Assembly: GCA_016795155.1 (NCBI GenBank)
Contig: JAEUIE010000029.1
Coordinates: 129,212-193,211, forward strand
Length of the DNA stretch: 64,000 nucleotides
Reading direction: 5' to 3'
DNA from: Planctomycetia bacterium
GTDB lineage: Bacteria; Planctomycetota; Planctomycetia; Gemmatales; HRBIN36
Within the stretch, counting starts at the first letter, position 1; every line of letters starts with the position of its first letter. The notes beneath the pieces are model-generated. The model was not told the origin of the DNA and did no database searches. It saw only the letters and a list, made by a program, of their open reading frames with translations. The position numbers and the translations under genes are program-made. Shown here one piece after another: positions 9,422-19,592 of this stretch.

Positions 9422-10525
9422 CTACGAAACATCAACTACTCTTTTGCCCAGAACACTCATCCTCGGAGAAACGCCCAGGCCTGGTTTGGATGTGGTAGTC
9501 ATGAACCCCTGCTGGCGCTGAGGTGCACCTTCAGCCGTGCTGACCGTAACATAGCTGTTGAAATCGGTGCTCGTGAAGCGGAACTCCTCCGGTGTGCTGT
9601 GGGCCAGATGAGCAATCGCAGCCGTGGTAATGTCACCTCCCCAACTGTCTTCCAGTGTCATGGCAATTCCCATGCTCACACAGAGATCGCGTGCCTGCTT
9701 CGTTTTCGTCAGTCCGCCCAGTTTGCTGATCTTCAGATTGACCACATCCATGGCCAGGTCGCTCCGGGCACGGAGAAGCATGTCCAGGCTGTCAACATTT
9801 TCATCCAACACAAACGGGTGGGTGCAGTTTCGCCGCACCGCCAGGCACTCTTCATAGCTCAGGCAAGGCTGTTCGATGTAGACATCTACATCTACAACCG
9901 CACGCACCACCCGCATTGCCTCATGCTGTTTCCAGCCGGTGTTGGCATCAGCAACCAATCGATCCGTGGGGAGCAGCATCGCTCGGACCGCACGGATACG
10001 TTCGATATCCACATCAGGGTCGCCGCCCACTTTGAGTTGAAATCGAGTGTAGCCTTCAGCACGGTAGCCTGCCACTTTCTTCGCCATATCCTCAGGCGAT
10101 TCCTGCGAAATGGCACGGTAGAGTCGAATCCTGTCACCAAAACGACCTCCCATCAACACGCAGACAGGCAATCCGGTAGCCTGGCCAAGAATATCCCAAC
10201 AGGCAATATCAATGCCTGATTTCACATAAGAATGGCCCTTAAGGGCTGCATCCATCCGATCATTCAGCTTAGCCAGTTCCCGTGGATCGAACCCCAATAC
10301 ATGGGGAGCCAGTTCTCGCAGACCTGCTCGCACTCCTTCGGCATAAGCGGGCAGATAGAAAGGCCCCAGTGGGCAGACTTCGCCGTAACCGATCAGGCCG
10401 GTATCGGTTTCCACGCCAACAATGGTGCTGTCAAACACCGATACCGATTTGCCACCCGACCACTTGTAAGTTCCCTCATGCAGAGGCAATTCCACGCGGT
10501 GGGCAAAAATGCGTTTTATTTTCAT
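9422..10525 (-). CDS. Enolase-superfamily enzyme (mandelate racemase / muconate lactonizing family)
   Basis: 367 aa from ATG 10525 ([11 protein letters not shown]). The track ORF starts 15 codons earlier. The pattern is characteristic of MR/MLE: capping domain, then barrel ([29 protein letters not shown]). Confidence 0.85.
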   Translation of the reverse strand: MKIKRIFAHRVELPLHEGTYKWSGGKSVSVFDSTIVGVETDTGLIGYGEVCPLGPFYLPAYAEGVRAGLRELAPHVLGFDPRELAKLNDRMDAALKGHSYVKSGIDIACWDILGQATGLPVCVLMGGRFGDRIRLYRAISQESPEDMAKKVAGYRAEGYTRFQLKVGGDPDVDIERIRAVRAMLLPTDRLVADANTGWKQHEAMRVVRAVVDVDVYIEQPCLSYEECLAVRRNCTHPFVLDENVDSLDMLLRARSDLAMDVVNLKISKLGGLTKTKQARDLCVSMGIAMTLEDSWGGDITTAAIAHLAHSTPEEFRFTSTDFNSYVTVSTAEGAPQRQQGFMTTTSKPGLGVSPRMSVLGKRVVDVS

Positions 10526-10695
10526 GATGACATCATTCAACAGGGATAAATTGAACCAGTGTTCTAGCAAGTTTCGTTATACATGATCAATTACTTTCTT
10601 GCCGGTAAAAAATGATTCTGCAACATCGGTATGATAATGCTTGTCAATCACTCTCAACTTGAACAGTATGTACTCCATAACATTCGGAGTCTGAT

Positions 10696-12948
10696 ATGCT
10701 TCGCTGCCCCTCGTTTCTATTATTGCTGCTGGCTGTAACACCATTGGCTGCCCAGCAGCAGACTGCCAAGCAGTCCCGTCTCACAGTTGATCGCATCTTT
10801 GCTTCAGATGAATTTCGCACCGAAGCAGTGCCGATTGATAAGTGGCTGCCTGGGGGTGCATACCTGTCACTGCAGCCTTCGAAAGCACATACTTCAGGAA
10901 GGGATATCGTGCGTACCGATGTCCAAGGCCAGAGCGAGGTTTTGGTCCCTGCCGATAAACTCATACCGCCTCAATCTAAAGAACCTCTCAACATTGAAGC
11001 GTTCGAATTCTCGAAAGACTTCGATCTGGTGCTGATCTACACCAACTCTGCCCGCGTCTGGCGCACCAATACCCGAGGCGACTACTGGACCTTCCGTCGA
11101 TCTACCGGAAAACTCACCAGACTCGGTGGCGATACCAAGCCTTCCACCATGATGTTTGCCAAACTATCCCCCGATGGCGCTACTGTCGGCTACGTCCGGG
11201 ATAACAATCTCTACGTCGAACCTGCGGAAGGCGGTATACCAACCAGACTAACCAGCGATGGTTCCAGCGACATTATCAACGGCACCTTCGATTGGGTGTA
11301 TGAAGAAGAATTCTTCTGCAGAGTCGGCTGGCGATTCAGCCCAGACAGCAAGCAGATTGCCTACTGGCAACTCAATACCCGCGATGTCAAAACCTTCACC
11401 CTGGTAGATAACACCGCAGGCAAGTACCAGACGATGAAGACATTTGCGTATCCGAAAACAGGGGAGCGTAATGCATCCTGCCGTATCGGCGTAGTAGCAG
11501 TGCAGGGGGGTGATACCCGATGGATGCAGATTCCCGGCGATACCAGTACGGATTTCTATCTTCCTCGCATGGAATGGGCAGGCAATTCGCAGGAACTGGT
11601 GATTCGCCGGATCAATCGCCTGCAGAATGCCGTTGATGTCATGCTGGCTGATGTCGCTACGTGTTCGGTCAAAACCATTCTCACTGAACGTGACAGCACC
11701 TGGGTCGATATTCATGATGATGCTTTGCAATGGATGGAGAACGGGAAGGCATTCACCTGGATCAGTGAACGGGATGGCTGGCGGCATCTCTACATCGTTT
11801 CACGCGATGGAAGCAACCAGCGATGCATCACACCAGGCGAATACGATGTGATCAAGCTTCTCCATGTCGATGAAAAAGCTGGCTGGGTTTACTTCTACGC
11901 TTCACCCGAAAATCCAACGCAACATTATCTTTACCGCACATCATTCTCCGGTACCGGCAAACCCGAACGGCTCACACCCGCCAATCAACCAGGTTGGCAT
12001 GATTACGATATCTCTGAGGATGGCACTACCGCGTTGCACACCTATTCCTCATTTGGTAAGCCGCCCCGCGTGGAAGTGATCACACTGCCTGAGCATAAAG
12101 TTGCCCGAACGCTGGCAACCAATGACAAGCTCCGAGAAAAACTCGCACAACTCGAACGGACCCCTACGGAATTTTTCCGCACCGAGATTGGAGAGGGAAT
12201 CAAACTCGATGGCTGGATGATCAAACCTGCTAACTTTGATTCGTCAAAGAAATATCCCCTGATGTTTCATGTTTATGGTGAACCCTGGGGGCAGACGGTT
12301 ACCGACCGTTGGGGTGGAGGCCAGTACCTCTGGCACCTGATGCTGGCACAGCAAGGCTATGTGGTGGCTTGTGTCGATAACCGCGGAACGCCTTGCCCGC
12401 GTGGCCGTGACTGGCGCAAAAGTGTCTATCGAAAAATTGGCACACTCGCTTCGCACGATCAGTCAGTTGCTGCCCGCGAACTGCTCATGCGACCCTGGCT
12501 CGATGCGGACCGTGTTGGCGTTTGGGGTTGGAGTGGCGGCGGCTCGATGACGCTGAACCTGATGTTTCGGCATCCCGAAATTTATCGCACTGGTATGGCC
12601 GTGGCGCCAGTCCCGGACATGCGCCTGTACGACACCATTTATCAGGAACGATATATGGGCTTGCCGAAAGAGAATGCCGAAGACTACTTACAAGGCTCAC
12701 CCATCACCCACGCTGCAGGCCTGAAAGGCAACCTTTTGATCGTACATGGCACAGGCGATGATAACTGCCATTACCAGGGGACAGAAAAACTGCTTGATAA
12801 ACTCATTGAACTGAACAAGGCATTCACAGTCATGCCCTATCCCAACCGCTCTCACTCCATTCATGAAAGAAAAAACACCACCAGGCATCTTTACACGTTG
12901 CTCACTCGCTTTCTCAATGAACACCTGCCTGCCGGACCCAAACCGTGA
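10696..12948 (+). CDS. S9B family serine peptidase (dipeptidyl-peptidase IV-like)
   Basis: 750 aa with a signal peptide and an N-terminal DPP-IV beta-propeller-like region. The C-terminal hydrolase has the nucleophile elbow GVWGWSGGGSM plus HGTGDDNCHYQ and NRSHSI. Confidence 0.9.
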   Translation: MLRCPSFLLLLLAVTPLAAQQQTAKQSRLTVDRIFASDEFRTEAVPIDKWLPGGAYLSLQPSKAHTSGRDIVRTDVQGQSEVLVPADKLIPPQSKEPLNIEAFEFSKDFDLVLIYTNSARVWRTNTRGDYWTFRRSTGKLTRLGGDTKPSTMMFAKLSPDGATVGYVRDNNLYVEPAEGGIPTRLTSDGSSDIINGTFDWVYEEEFFCRVGWRFSPDSKQIAYWQLNTRDVKTFTLVDNTAGKYQTMKTFAYPKTGERNASCRIGVVAVQGGDTRWMQIPGDTSTDFYLPRMEWAGNSQELVIRRINRLQNAVDVMLADVATCSVKTILTERDSTWVDIHDDALQWMENGKAFTWISERDGWRHLYIVSRDGSNQRCITPGEYDVIKLLHVDEKAGWVYFYASPENPTQHYLYRTSFSGTGKPERLTPANQPGWHDYDISEDGTTALHTYSSFGKPPRVEVITLPEHKVARTLATNDKLREKLAQLERTPTEFFRTEIGEGIKLDGWMIKPANFDSSKKYPLMFHVYGEPWGQTVTDRWGGGQYLWHLMLAQQGYVVACVDNRGTPCPRGRDWRKSVYRKIGTLASHDQSVAARELLMRPWLDADRVGVWGWSGGGSMTLNLMFRHPEIYRTGMAVAPVPDMRLYDTIYQERYMGLPKENAEDYLQGSPITHAAGLKGNLLIVHGTGDDNCHYQGTEKLLDKLIELNKAFTVMPYPNRSHSIHERKNTTRHLYTLLTRFLNEHLPAGPKP

Positions 12949-13071
12949 GTCAGTAAATACAAGTTAGCCAAAATAGGTAATCCCACGTCTGAAAATAAAA
13001 TTAACTTTAAGTTACAACCATATCAGGGGTTGGTACGTCTCAACCTTTGACAACAGAACGGTACTCAGATT

Positions 13072-16000
13072 ATGTTGAGAGATATCACTTTCCAGAGAAA
13101 TACCATGCGAAACCGGATCATACTCTCTGTTACACTACTGGTGTGCCTTCTCGGTATTCTGTTTGCATGGAACCGGTCAATACACATGGATCAGAAGCAA
13201 CGCGATGCCCAGTGGGCCAAAGTAAATGATGCCATCAACAAGGGGTTGCCTCAATCAGCCATCAAGGAAATCGAACCGATCATCAAGTCAGCTATCGACG
13301 AAAAGGCTTATCCCGAAGCCATCAAGGCCATCGCCAAGAAAATCGCCTACGAGGCCATGGTCCAGGGAAACAAGCCTGAAGAACGCATTACACGGATGAA
13401 GGCTGAAATAGCCAAAGCGCCCGACGAAATGAAGCCGGTGATGGAATCAGTGCTGGCCCAATGGTACTGGCATTATTTTCTTCAGAATCGCTGGCGGTTC
13501 ATGCAGCGAACCGCAACAGCAGCAGCCCCTTCAGAAGACTTTACCACCTGGGATCTGTCCCGCTTATTCAAGGAAATCGACAGCCAGTTTACCAAAGCAC
13601 TGAGCCATGAAGAAAAACTCAAAAAGATTCCCATTAAGGATTATGACTCTCTGATCGATAAAGGAACGCTACCCGATAGCTATCGGCCAACGCTCTACGA
13701 TTTCCTCGCCTTTGACGCATTGAACTTTTATGGCTCCGGCGAGTTGGCAGCAGCCAAGGCTGAGGATGCGTTTGAATTTGAGGCGAACAGTCCAGTGCTC
13801 GGCAGTCGTGAAGCATTCCTGACTTGGAAGCCCGATACATCAGATGCCGATTCTCCCAAGCTGAAAGCCATCCAGCTCTACCAGAAGTTGCTTCAGATCC
13901 ATCAGAATGATGATGACGGTTCAGCCCTGTTGGATGCTGATTTGCATCGTTTGCGCTTCGGGTTTGCACACGCTTTTGGAGAAGAGAAGAACGCACTCTA
14001 CAAGAAAGCATTGAAACAGTTTGCCGATGAAAACAAACAGCATGAACTCAGCGCCCTGGCTTTGGCTACCCTGGCCGGTGTGTACCAGTCCGAAAACAAA
14101 CTGGTCGAAGCACGCGAGGTTGCAATTCAGGGAAAGAATCAGTTCCCGCAAAGTCAGGGAGGTATCAACTGTCATAACATCGTCGTGGCTATTGAGCAGC
14201 CTCATTACCAGGTGCAGATTGAGCGAGTGTGGGCCAATCCGCTGGCCAAGCTGCATGTCGAATACAAGAATCTGACCAGACTCTATTTCCGCATTTACCA
14301 GGCTGACTGGGAAAAGCAGTTGAAGAGAAACGTCCACAGCCACCCCTCGCAGATGGATGATAACCAACGCAGTGAAATGCTTGGGCATAAGCCCGTTGCG
14401 GAATGGTCAGTCGATCTGCCAGCAACGGAAGATTACCAGCAACGAAGCGAAGAAGTAACGCCACCAGACAACCTGCCAGCCGGGTTTTATTTTGTCGTTG
14501 CCTGTCCAGATAACCGATTTAAGATCAACGGCCTGCCTCTTACGCAATCCCATTTCTGGGTCAGTGATCTGGCGCTGGTTCTCCGGCAGGAACACTATCG
14601 CGGCAGGCTTGAAGGGTTTGTCCTCAACTCGAACACCGGCGAACCGATTGTCGGTGCCAGAGTCACTCCTTACGTCCGCAATTATCAACAGAACCGGTTG
14701 GATGTTGGTGCCGAACTGACCACCGACAAGAACGGCCTCTTTCAGTACACCGGTCCGAGTAATCAGCCTGTCATCTTCCTTGCCAAGTCAAACGGCCATG
14801 CCATCTCCAACGATAACGAGATGCACAGACAGGGCGGCGGCCAGATTCAGCAGGCATTTGAACAGGTGATCTTCTTCACGGATCGTTCTCTCTATCGTCC
14901 CGGACAGCCTATTCGGTTCAAAGGCATCGCGCTCCGGGGTGACAATGAAAAACTGAACTATCAGACGCTGGCAAATCGAACCATCACGGTTCAGTTCAAC
15001 GATCCCAACGGCAAGGAAATCAGCAAGCTGCAACTGGTGACGAACCAGGTAGGTTCATTCAGCGGCTCTTTCACTGCACCCCGCGACCGCTTGATGGGAC
15101 AAATGATGATCCAAGCCACAGGCCCGCATGGCTCGTCACACTTCAATGTGGAAGAATACAAACGACCCAAGTTTGAAGTGACCGTAGATGCTCCGAAGGA
15201 TTCACCCAAACTCAACGATGCCGTCAAACTCACCGGCAAGGCCATGGGCTATTCCGGTGCCGCGGTGAGCAATGCCAAGCTTCGTTATCGTATTACCAGA
15301 CAGGTACGTTTCCCTGCCTGGTGGGGCTATTACTACTGGTGGCGGATGCCTCCCAATCTCGGTGCTGCCCAGGAAATTGCTCACGGAACTGCAACCACCG
15401 AACCAGATGGCACATTCTCCATCACTTTCACTGCCAAGCCCGATCCAACAGTCGCTGAGAAGGATGAACCGGTCTTCACCTATTCTGCATCGGTCGATGT
15501 CACCGATACTACAGGTGAAACCCGTAGCGGTTCACGTTCTCTGCAGGTAGGCTACACCGCCTTGCAGGCCAGTCTCACCGCTAACGAGTGGCAAACTTCG
15601 AGCGAACCCGTCAAATTGAAAATTGGCACCAGTACCATCGATGGCCAGGGCACAACAGCCAAAGGCAGCCTCAAGGTGTATCAGTTGAAGCAGCCTGAAA
15701 AAGTAATGCGTGCAGGGCTATTTGGTCGCCCTAGCCCCCGGCCAATCCGACGTGCACCGGGTCGGCCGCAACCCGCCACCTCGACACAGCCCACGCCCGA
15801 TCCTGCCGATCCACGCACCTGGGAACTGGGCGAACAGGTTGCAACATCCGAGTTTACCACGACTGATAAAGGGGAATTGGAATCACCAGTCAAACTGGGT
15901 GTTGGCATCTACCGGGCCATGCTCGAAACGCAGGATCGGTTCGGCAAACCGGTGAAAGCCATGCTGCAGTTCCAGGTCGTTGACCCAAGTGCCATTAAAC

Positions 16001-19000
16001 TTGCCCTGAAAATCCCCCATTTCTTTGCCGCCCCGAAATGGCAACTCGAACCGGGCGAGGAATTCTCCGCGCTCTGGGGCACCGGCTACGATTCAGGCAA
16101 AGCCTACGTCGAAATTGAACATCGCCAGAACATCATTTCCAGCTTCTGGACCAGTGGCGACAAGACGCAGCAACTCATCAAACAGGCCGTTAACGAACAG
16201 ATGCGGGGCGGCTTCAATGTCCGCGTGACCTATGTCCGTGAAAACCGTGTCTACACCGAATCACGCCATGTCGATGTGCCCTGGTCGAACAAGGAGCTGA
16301 AGGTAAAGTGGGAACACTTCGTCTCGAAGCTCGAACCGGGGAAAAAGGAAACCTGGACAGCAGTCATCACCGGTCCCGATGCGAAGAAAGCTGTCGCAGA
16401 GATGGCAGCAGCCTGCTACGACGCTTCGCTTGATGCCTATCTGCCTCACCATTGGCAGCAGGCCATCAACGTTTTCTATCAGGATCGTTCCTACTGGAGC
16501 CAGCAGTTCCAGAATTATCAGTTGCAGATGCATCATTACGTCGGCATGTTCCCACACCAATACCGGTCTGGAGATTTCCGCTATCGAGCATACCCGCAGG
16601 ATATCACCGTCAACTTGTGGCAATATGGTTACCTGGAAGCCGGACAAGTCATGCGTGTTTCAAGTGGACGGATGGCACCAGGGTCGCCAGCGCCTGCAAT
16701 GCGTGCAGTTGCAGCAGGTATAGCGGAAGGCAAAGCCGATTCTGCCATGAGTTGGGGCGCCGAAAGGATGAACGAAAAATTCGACAAGCGAGTGCCAGGC
16801 GAACCTGTAGCCCCATCGGTAGGCCCAAATCTTGAAAATGTTGCTACCCGTACCAACCTCAACGAAACTGCTTTCTTCTTTCCACATCTGCTGGCTGACG
16901 AAAATGGCACGGTGAAGCTCGAATTCACGATGCCCGAAGCGCTTACCAAGTGGAAATTCATGGGCTTCGCACACGATAAGGAACTGAAGTCAGGCTATCT
17001 CGAAGATACTGTCGTCACTGCCAAAGATCTGATGGTGCAGCCCAACCCGCCTCGCTTCCTCCGCGAAGGCGACATCCTCGAATTCACCGTCAAGGTAAGC
17101 AACCAGTCTGCCACCCGTCAGGCCGGCAAAGTGCGTTTGACCCTGACCGATTCCCGCACCGGCAAATCCATTGATGCTGATCTGGGCAACAAAGACCTCG
17201 ATCAGGCATTCGATATTGCATCGAAGGAATCACGCAGCTTCTCCTGGAAGTTGTCCGTGCCCGATAACCTCGGCCCCATCACCTACAAGGCTGTCGGCGC
17301 TACCGACAGACTTTCCGATGGCGAAGAAGGCATGCTGCCGGTCCTTTCCAGACGAGTACTGGTTCAGGAATCGCTGCCTCTACCGATTCGTGGCAAACAG
17401 GACAAAATATTAAACTTCACGAAACTCCTCGAATCAGGCAAGTCGAATACCCTCCAGCATCAGTCACTCACTGTACAGATGGTTTCCAACCCATCGTGGT
17501 ATGCTGTCATGGCATTGCCTTACCTGATGGAATACCCTCACGAATGTTCCGAGCAGACCTTTAATCGCTTCTATGCCAACAGTCTGGCCAGACACATTGC
17601 CCTCTCAGATGCTCGCATCCGTAAAGTCTTCGACCAGTGGAAGAACACTCCAGCTCTCGATAGTCCGCTCGAAAAGAACCAGGACCTTAAAGCGGTGATG
17701 ATCGAGGAAACTCCCTGGCTCCGGCAGGCCAACAAGGAAAGCGAATCTCGTCGCAATGTCGGCATTCTCTTCGACGATAACCGTTTGCAGGATGAGATGA
17801 ACCGAGCGTTCCGCAAACTCTCCGAACTGCAGAACGCCACCGGCGCCTGGAGCTGGTTCCCCGGCGGTCCGGATAGCGAATACATCACGCTCTACATCAC
17901 CACCGGCTTTGGCCGCATGCGGCATTTGGGGCTGAAGCCCGATATGGCGCCAGCCCTCAAATCGCTCAACCGCCTGGACGCCTGGATGGATCGCATGTAT
18001 CGCGATATTCTCCGTCACGATGCTGCTAACAAAGACAAGAACCATCTCACCTCGACCGTGGCACTCTATCTCTATGGGCGCAGCTTTTTCGTCGAAGACC
18101 AAAAGGTGGCAGACCCGTACAAGGAAGCCTTCAACTACTGGCTGGCCCAGGCAAAAAAATACTGGTTGCAACTAGCCAACCGCCAATCGCAGGCTCACCT
18201 GGCTATAGCTCTCAAACGCTGGGGCGACAGGGAAACACCGCAAGCTATCATGAACTCGATCAAGGAACGCTCGGTCACCAATGAGGAACTGGGCCGCTTC
18301 TGGCGCGACACCGAACTCAGTTACTGGTGGTATCACGCACCCATCGAAACCCAGGCACTCATGATTGAAGCCTTTGATGAAGTGATGAACGATGCTCAGG
18401 CAGTAGAAGACTGCAAAGTCTGGTTACTTAAGCAGAAGCAGACACAAAACTGGAAGACGACCAAGTCTACCGCCGATGCCGTTTACAGCCTTCTGCTCCG
18501 AGGCGACAACCTGCTTGCATCCGATGCTTTGGTAGAAATGTCCCTGGCTGGCACTGCCATCAAGCCGGAGAAAGTGGAAGCAGGCACCGGCTTCTATGAA
18601 CAGAAGTTTGTCCGTGGCGAAGTCAAACCTGAATTCGGCAAAATCGAACTCAAGAAGACAGACGCCGGCGTTGCCTGGGGCAGCATCCACTGGCAATACC
18701 TGGAAGACATCAGCAAGGTAACACCACACGAAGGCACGCCTCTGAAACTGCAGAAGCAGTTGTTCAAACGCACCTACACCAAAAAAGGACCAGTGCTCGA
18801 AGCGGTGCAGGGGACTGTCAGCGTAGGCGATGAAATCGTCGTCCGTATCGTGCTCCGAACCGATCGCGACATGGAGTTTGTCCACATGAAGGATCATCGA
18901 GGCAGCGGCACCGAACCCACTAATGTCCTTAGCCAGTATAAGTACCAGGATGGCCTGGGATACTATGAATCAACCAAAGACACTGCCAGCCACTTCTTCA

Positions 19001-19152
19001 TCGACTACCTGCCCAAGGGTACCTATGTCTTTGAATACGCTGTTCGTGTCCAGCATCAGGGTAAATACCCTACCGGCATGGCACACATCGAATGCATGTA
19101 TGCTCCAGAGTTCAACAGCCATTCGGAAAGCATCATGCTGGAGGTGAAGTAA
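13072..19152 (+). CDS. Alpha-2-macroglobulin family protein with a thioester-type CSEQ motif
   Basis: 2026-aa ORF with an alternative start at 13105 (MRNRIILSVTLLVCLL signal anchor). Repeated MG-like beta domains. YPHECSEQTF, with CSEQ at 17545..17556, matches the CxEQ thioester motif. Confidence 0.85.
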   Translation: MLRDITFQRNTMRNRIILSVTLLVCLLGILFAWNRSIHMDQKQRDAQWAKVNDAINKGLPQSAIKEIEPIIKSAIDEKAYPEAIKAIAKKIAYEAMVQGNKPEERITRMKAEIAKAPDEMKPVMESVLAQWYWHYFLQNRWRFMQRTATAAAPSEDFTTWDLSRLFKEIDSQFTKALSHEEKLKKIPIKDYDSLIDKGTLPDSYRPTLYDFLAFDALNFYGSGELAAAKAEDAFEFEANSPVLGSREAFLTWKPDTSDADSPKLKAIQLYQKLLQIHQNDDDGSALLDADLHRLRFGFAHAFGEEKNALYKKALKQFADENKQHELSALALATLAGVYQSENKLVEAREVAIQGKNQFPQSQGGINCHNIVVAIEQPHYQVQIERVWANPLAKLHVEYKNLTRLYFRIYQADWEKQLKRNVHSHPSQMDDNQRSEMLGHKPVAEWSVDLPATEDYQQRSEEVTPPDNLPAGFYFVVACPDNRFKINGLPLTQSHFWVSDLALVLRQEHYRGRLEGFVLNSNTGEPIVGARVTPYVRNYQQNRLDVGAELTTDKNGLFQYTGPSNQPVIFLAKSNGHAISNDNEMHRQGGGQIQQAFEQVIFFTDRSLYRPGQPIRFKGIALRGDNEKLNYQTLANRTITVQFNDPNGKEISKLQLVTNQVGSFSGSFTAPRDRLMGQMMIQATGPHGSSHFNVEEYKRPKFEVTVDAPKDSPKLNDAVKLTGKAMGYSGAAVSNAKLRYRITRQVRFPAWWGYYYWWRMPPNLGAAQEIAHGTATTEPDGTFSITFTAKPDPTVAEKDEPVFTYSASVDVTDTTGETRSGSRSLQVGYTALQASLTANEWQTSSEPVKLKIGTSTIDGQGTTAKGSLKVYQLKQPEKVMRAGLFGRPSPRPIRRAPGRPQPATSTQPTPDPADPRTWELGEQVATSEFTTTDKGELESPVKLGVGIYRAMLETQDRFGKPVKAMLQFQVVDPSAIKLALKIPHFFAAPKWQLEPGEEFSALWGTGYDSGKAYVEIEHRQNIISSFWTSGDKTQQLIKQAVNEQMRGGFNVRVTYVRENRVYTESRHVDVPWSNKELKVKWEHFVSKLEPGKKETWTAVITGPDAKKAVAEMAAACYDASLDAYLPHHWQQAINVFYQDRSYWSQQFQNYQLQMHHYVGMFPHQYRSGDFRYRAYPQDITVNLWQYGYLEAGQVMRVSSGRMAPGSPAPAMRAVAAGIAEGKADSAMSWGAERMNEKFDKRVPGEPVAPSVGPNLENVATRTNLNETAFFFPHLLADENGTVKLEFTMPEALTKWKFMGFAHDKELKSGYLEDTVVTAKDLMVQPNPPRFLREGDILEFTVKVSNQSATRQAGKVRLTLTDSRTGKSIDADLGNKDLDQAFDIASKESRSFSWKLSVPDNLGPITYKAVGATDRLSDGEEGMLPVLSRRVLVQESLPLPIRGKQDKILNFTKLLESGKSNTLQHQSLTVQMVSNPSWYAVMALPYLMEYPHECSEQTFNRFYANSLARHIALSDARIRKVFDQWKNTPALDSPLEKNQDLKAVMIEETPWLRQANKESESRRNVGILFDDNRLQDEMNRAFRKLSELQNATGAWSWFPGGPDSEYITLYITTGFGRMRHLGLKPDMAPALKSLNRLDAWMDRMYRDILRHDAANKDKNHLTSTVALYLYGRSFFVEDQKVADPYKEAFNYWLAQAKKYWLQLANRQSQAHLAIALKRWGDRETPQAIMNSIKERSVTNEELGRFWRDTELSYWWYHAPIETQALMIEAFDEVMNDAQAVEDCKVWLLKQKQTQNWKTTKSTADAVYSLLLRGDNLLASDALVEMSLAGTAIKPEKVEAGTGFYEQKFVRGEVKPEFGKIELKKTDAGVAWGSIHWQYLEDISKVTPHEGTPLKLQKQLFKRTYTKKGPVLEAVQGTVSVGDEIVVRIVLRTDRDMEFVHMKDHRGSGTEPTNVLSQYKYQDGLGYYESTKDTASHFFIDYLPKGTYVFEYAVRVQHQGKYPTGMAHIECMYAPEFNSHSESIMLEVK

Positions 19153-19288
19153 GGCATTTTATTCAGCTTTCACTTTGGGAATCACCACTACTCCGGTCAG
19201 TGTTTTTGCTGCCCCGGAATAGTTCTGGCACGCTTCAAAACAGTTGAGATGGGATTGTGTAAAGACCTGTATGAAGTATAATTCAATC

Positions 19289-19516
19289 ATGTCTGCCAAG
19301 TTCCTTCGAGGTCTGTTGATTTTTGCCATCCTGCACATGCATGTGCCGGCATGTCGACTGCATGCTTGCTGTCAGGCGATTCCATCGAACGAAACCAGCA
19401 ACAAGACAGAAACTGGTTGTGATTGTTGTCAACATGAAAGTTCTGAACCAGACGAGACTGCTCCAGTCTGTCCTGTGCATCGCCATCAGAACACAAAGAA
19501 GTTTTATCCGGGTTAA
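19289..19516 (+). CDS. Possible small secreted Cys/His-rich protein
   Basis: 75 aa from ATG 19289. It has a hydrophobic N-terminus FLRGLLIFAIL, then ACRLHACC, GCDCCQHE and CPVHRH. There is no family assignment and it is short, so coding status is uncertain. Confidence 0.3.
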   Translation: MSAKFLRGLLIFAILHMHVPACRLHACCQAIPSNETSNKTETGCDCCQHESSEPDETAPVCPVHRHQNTKKFYPG

Positions 19517-19545
19517 GCGCGTCAAACGAAACTCTTAAGTTGTGC

Positions 19546-19575
19546 CAGGGTCATTCGGAGTACCGAATAACCCTG
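19546..19575. repeat. REP-like palindromic element, copy 1 (CAGGGTcATTCGG-AGTA-CCGAATaACCCTG)
   Basis: Imperfect hairpin lying between convergent genes. A related copy is at 38116..38142. Confidence 0.5.
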
Positions 19576-19592
19576 CCACAATTGACCGACTT

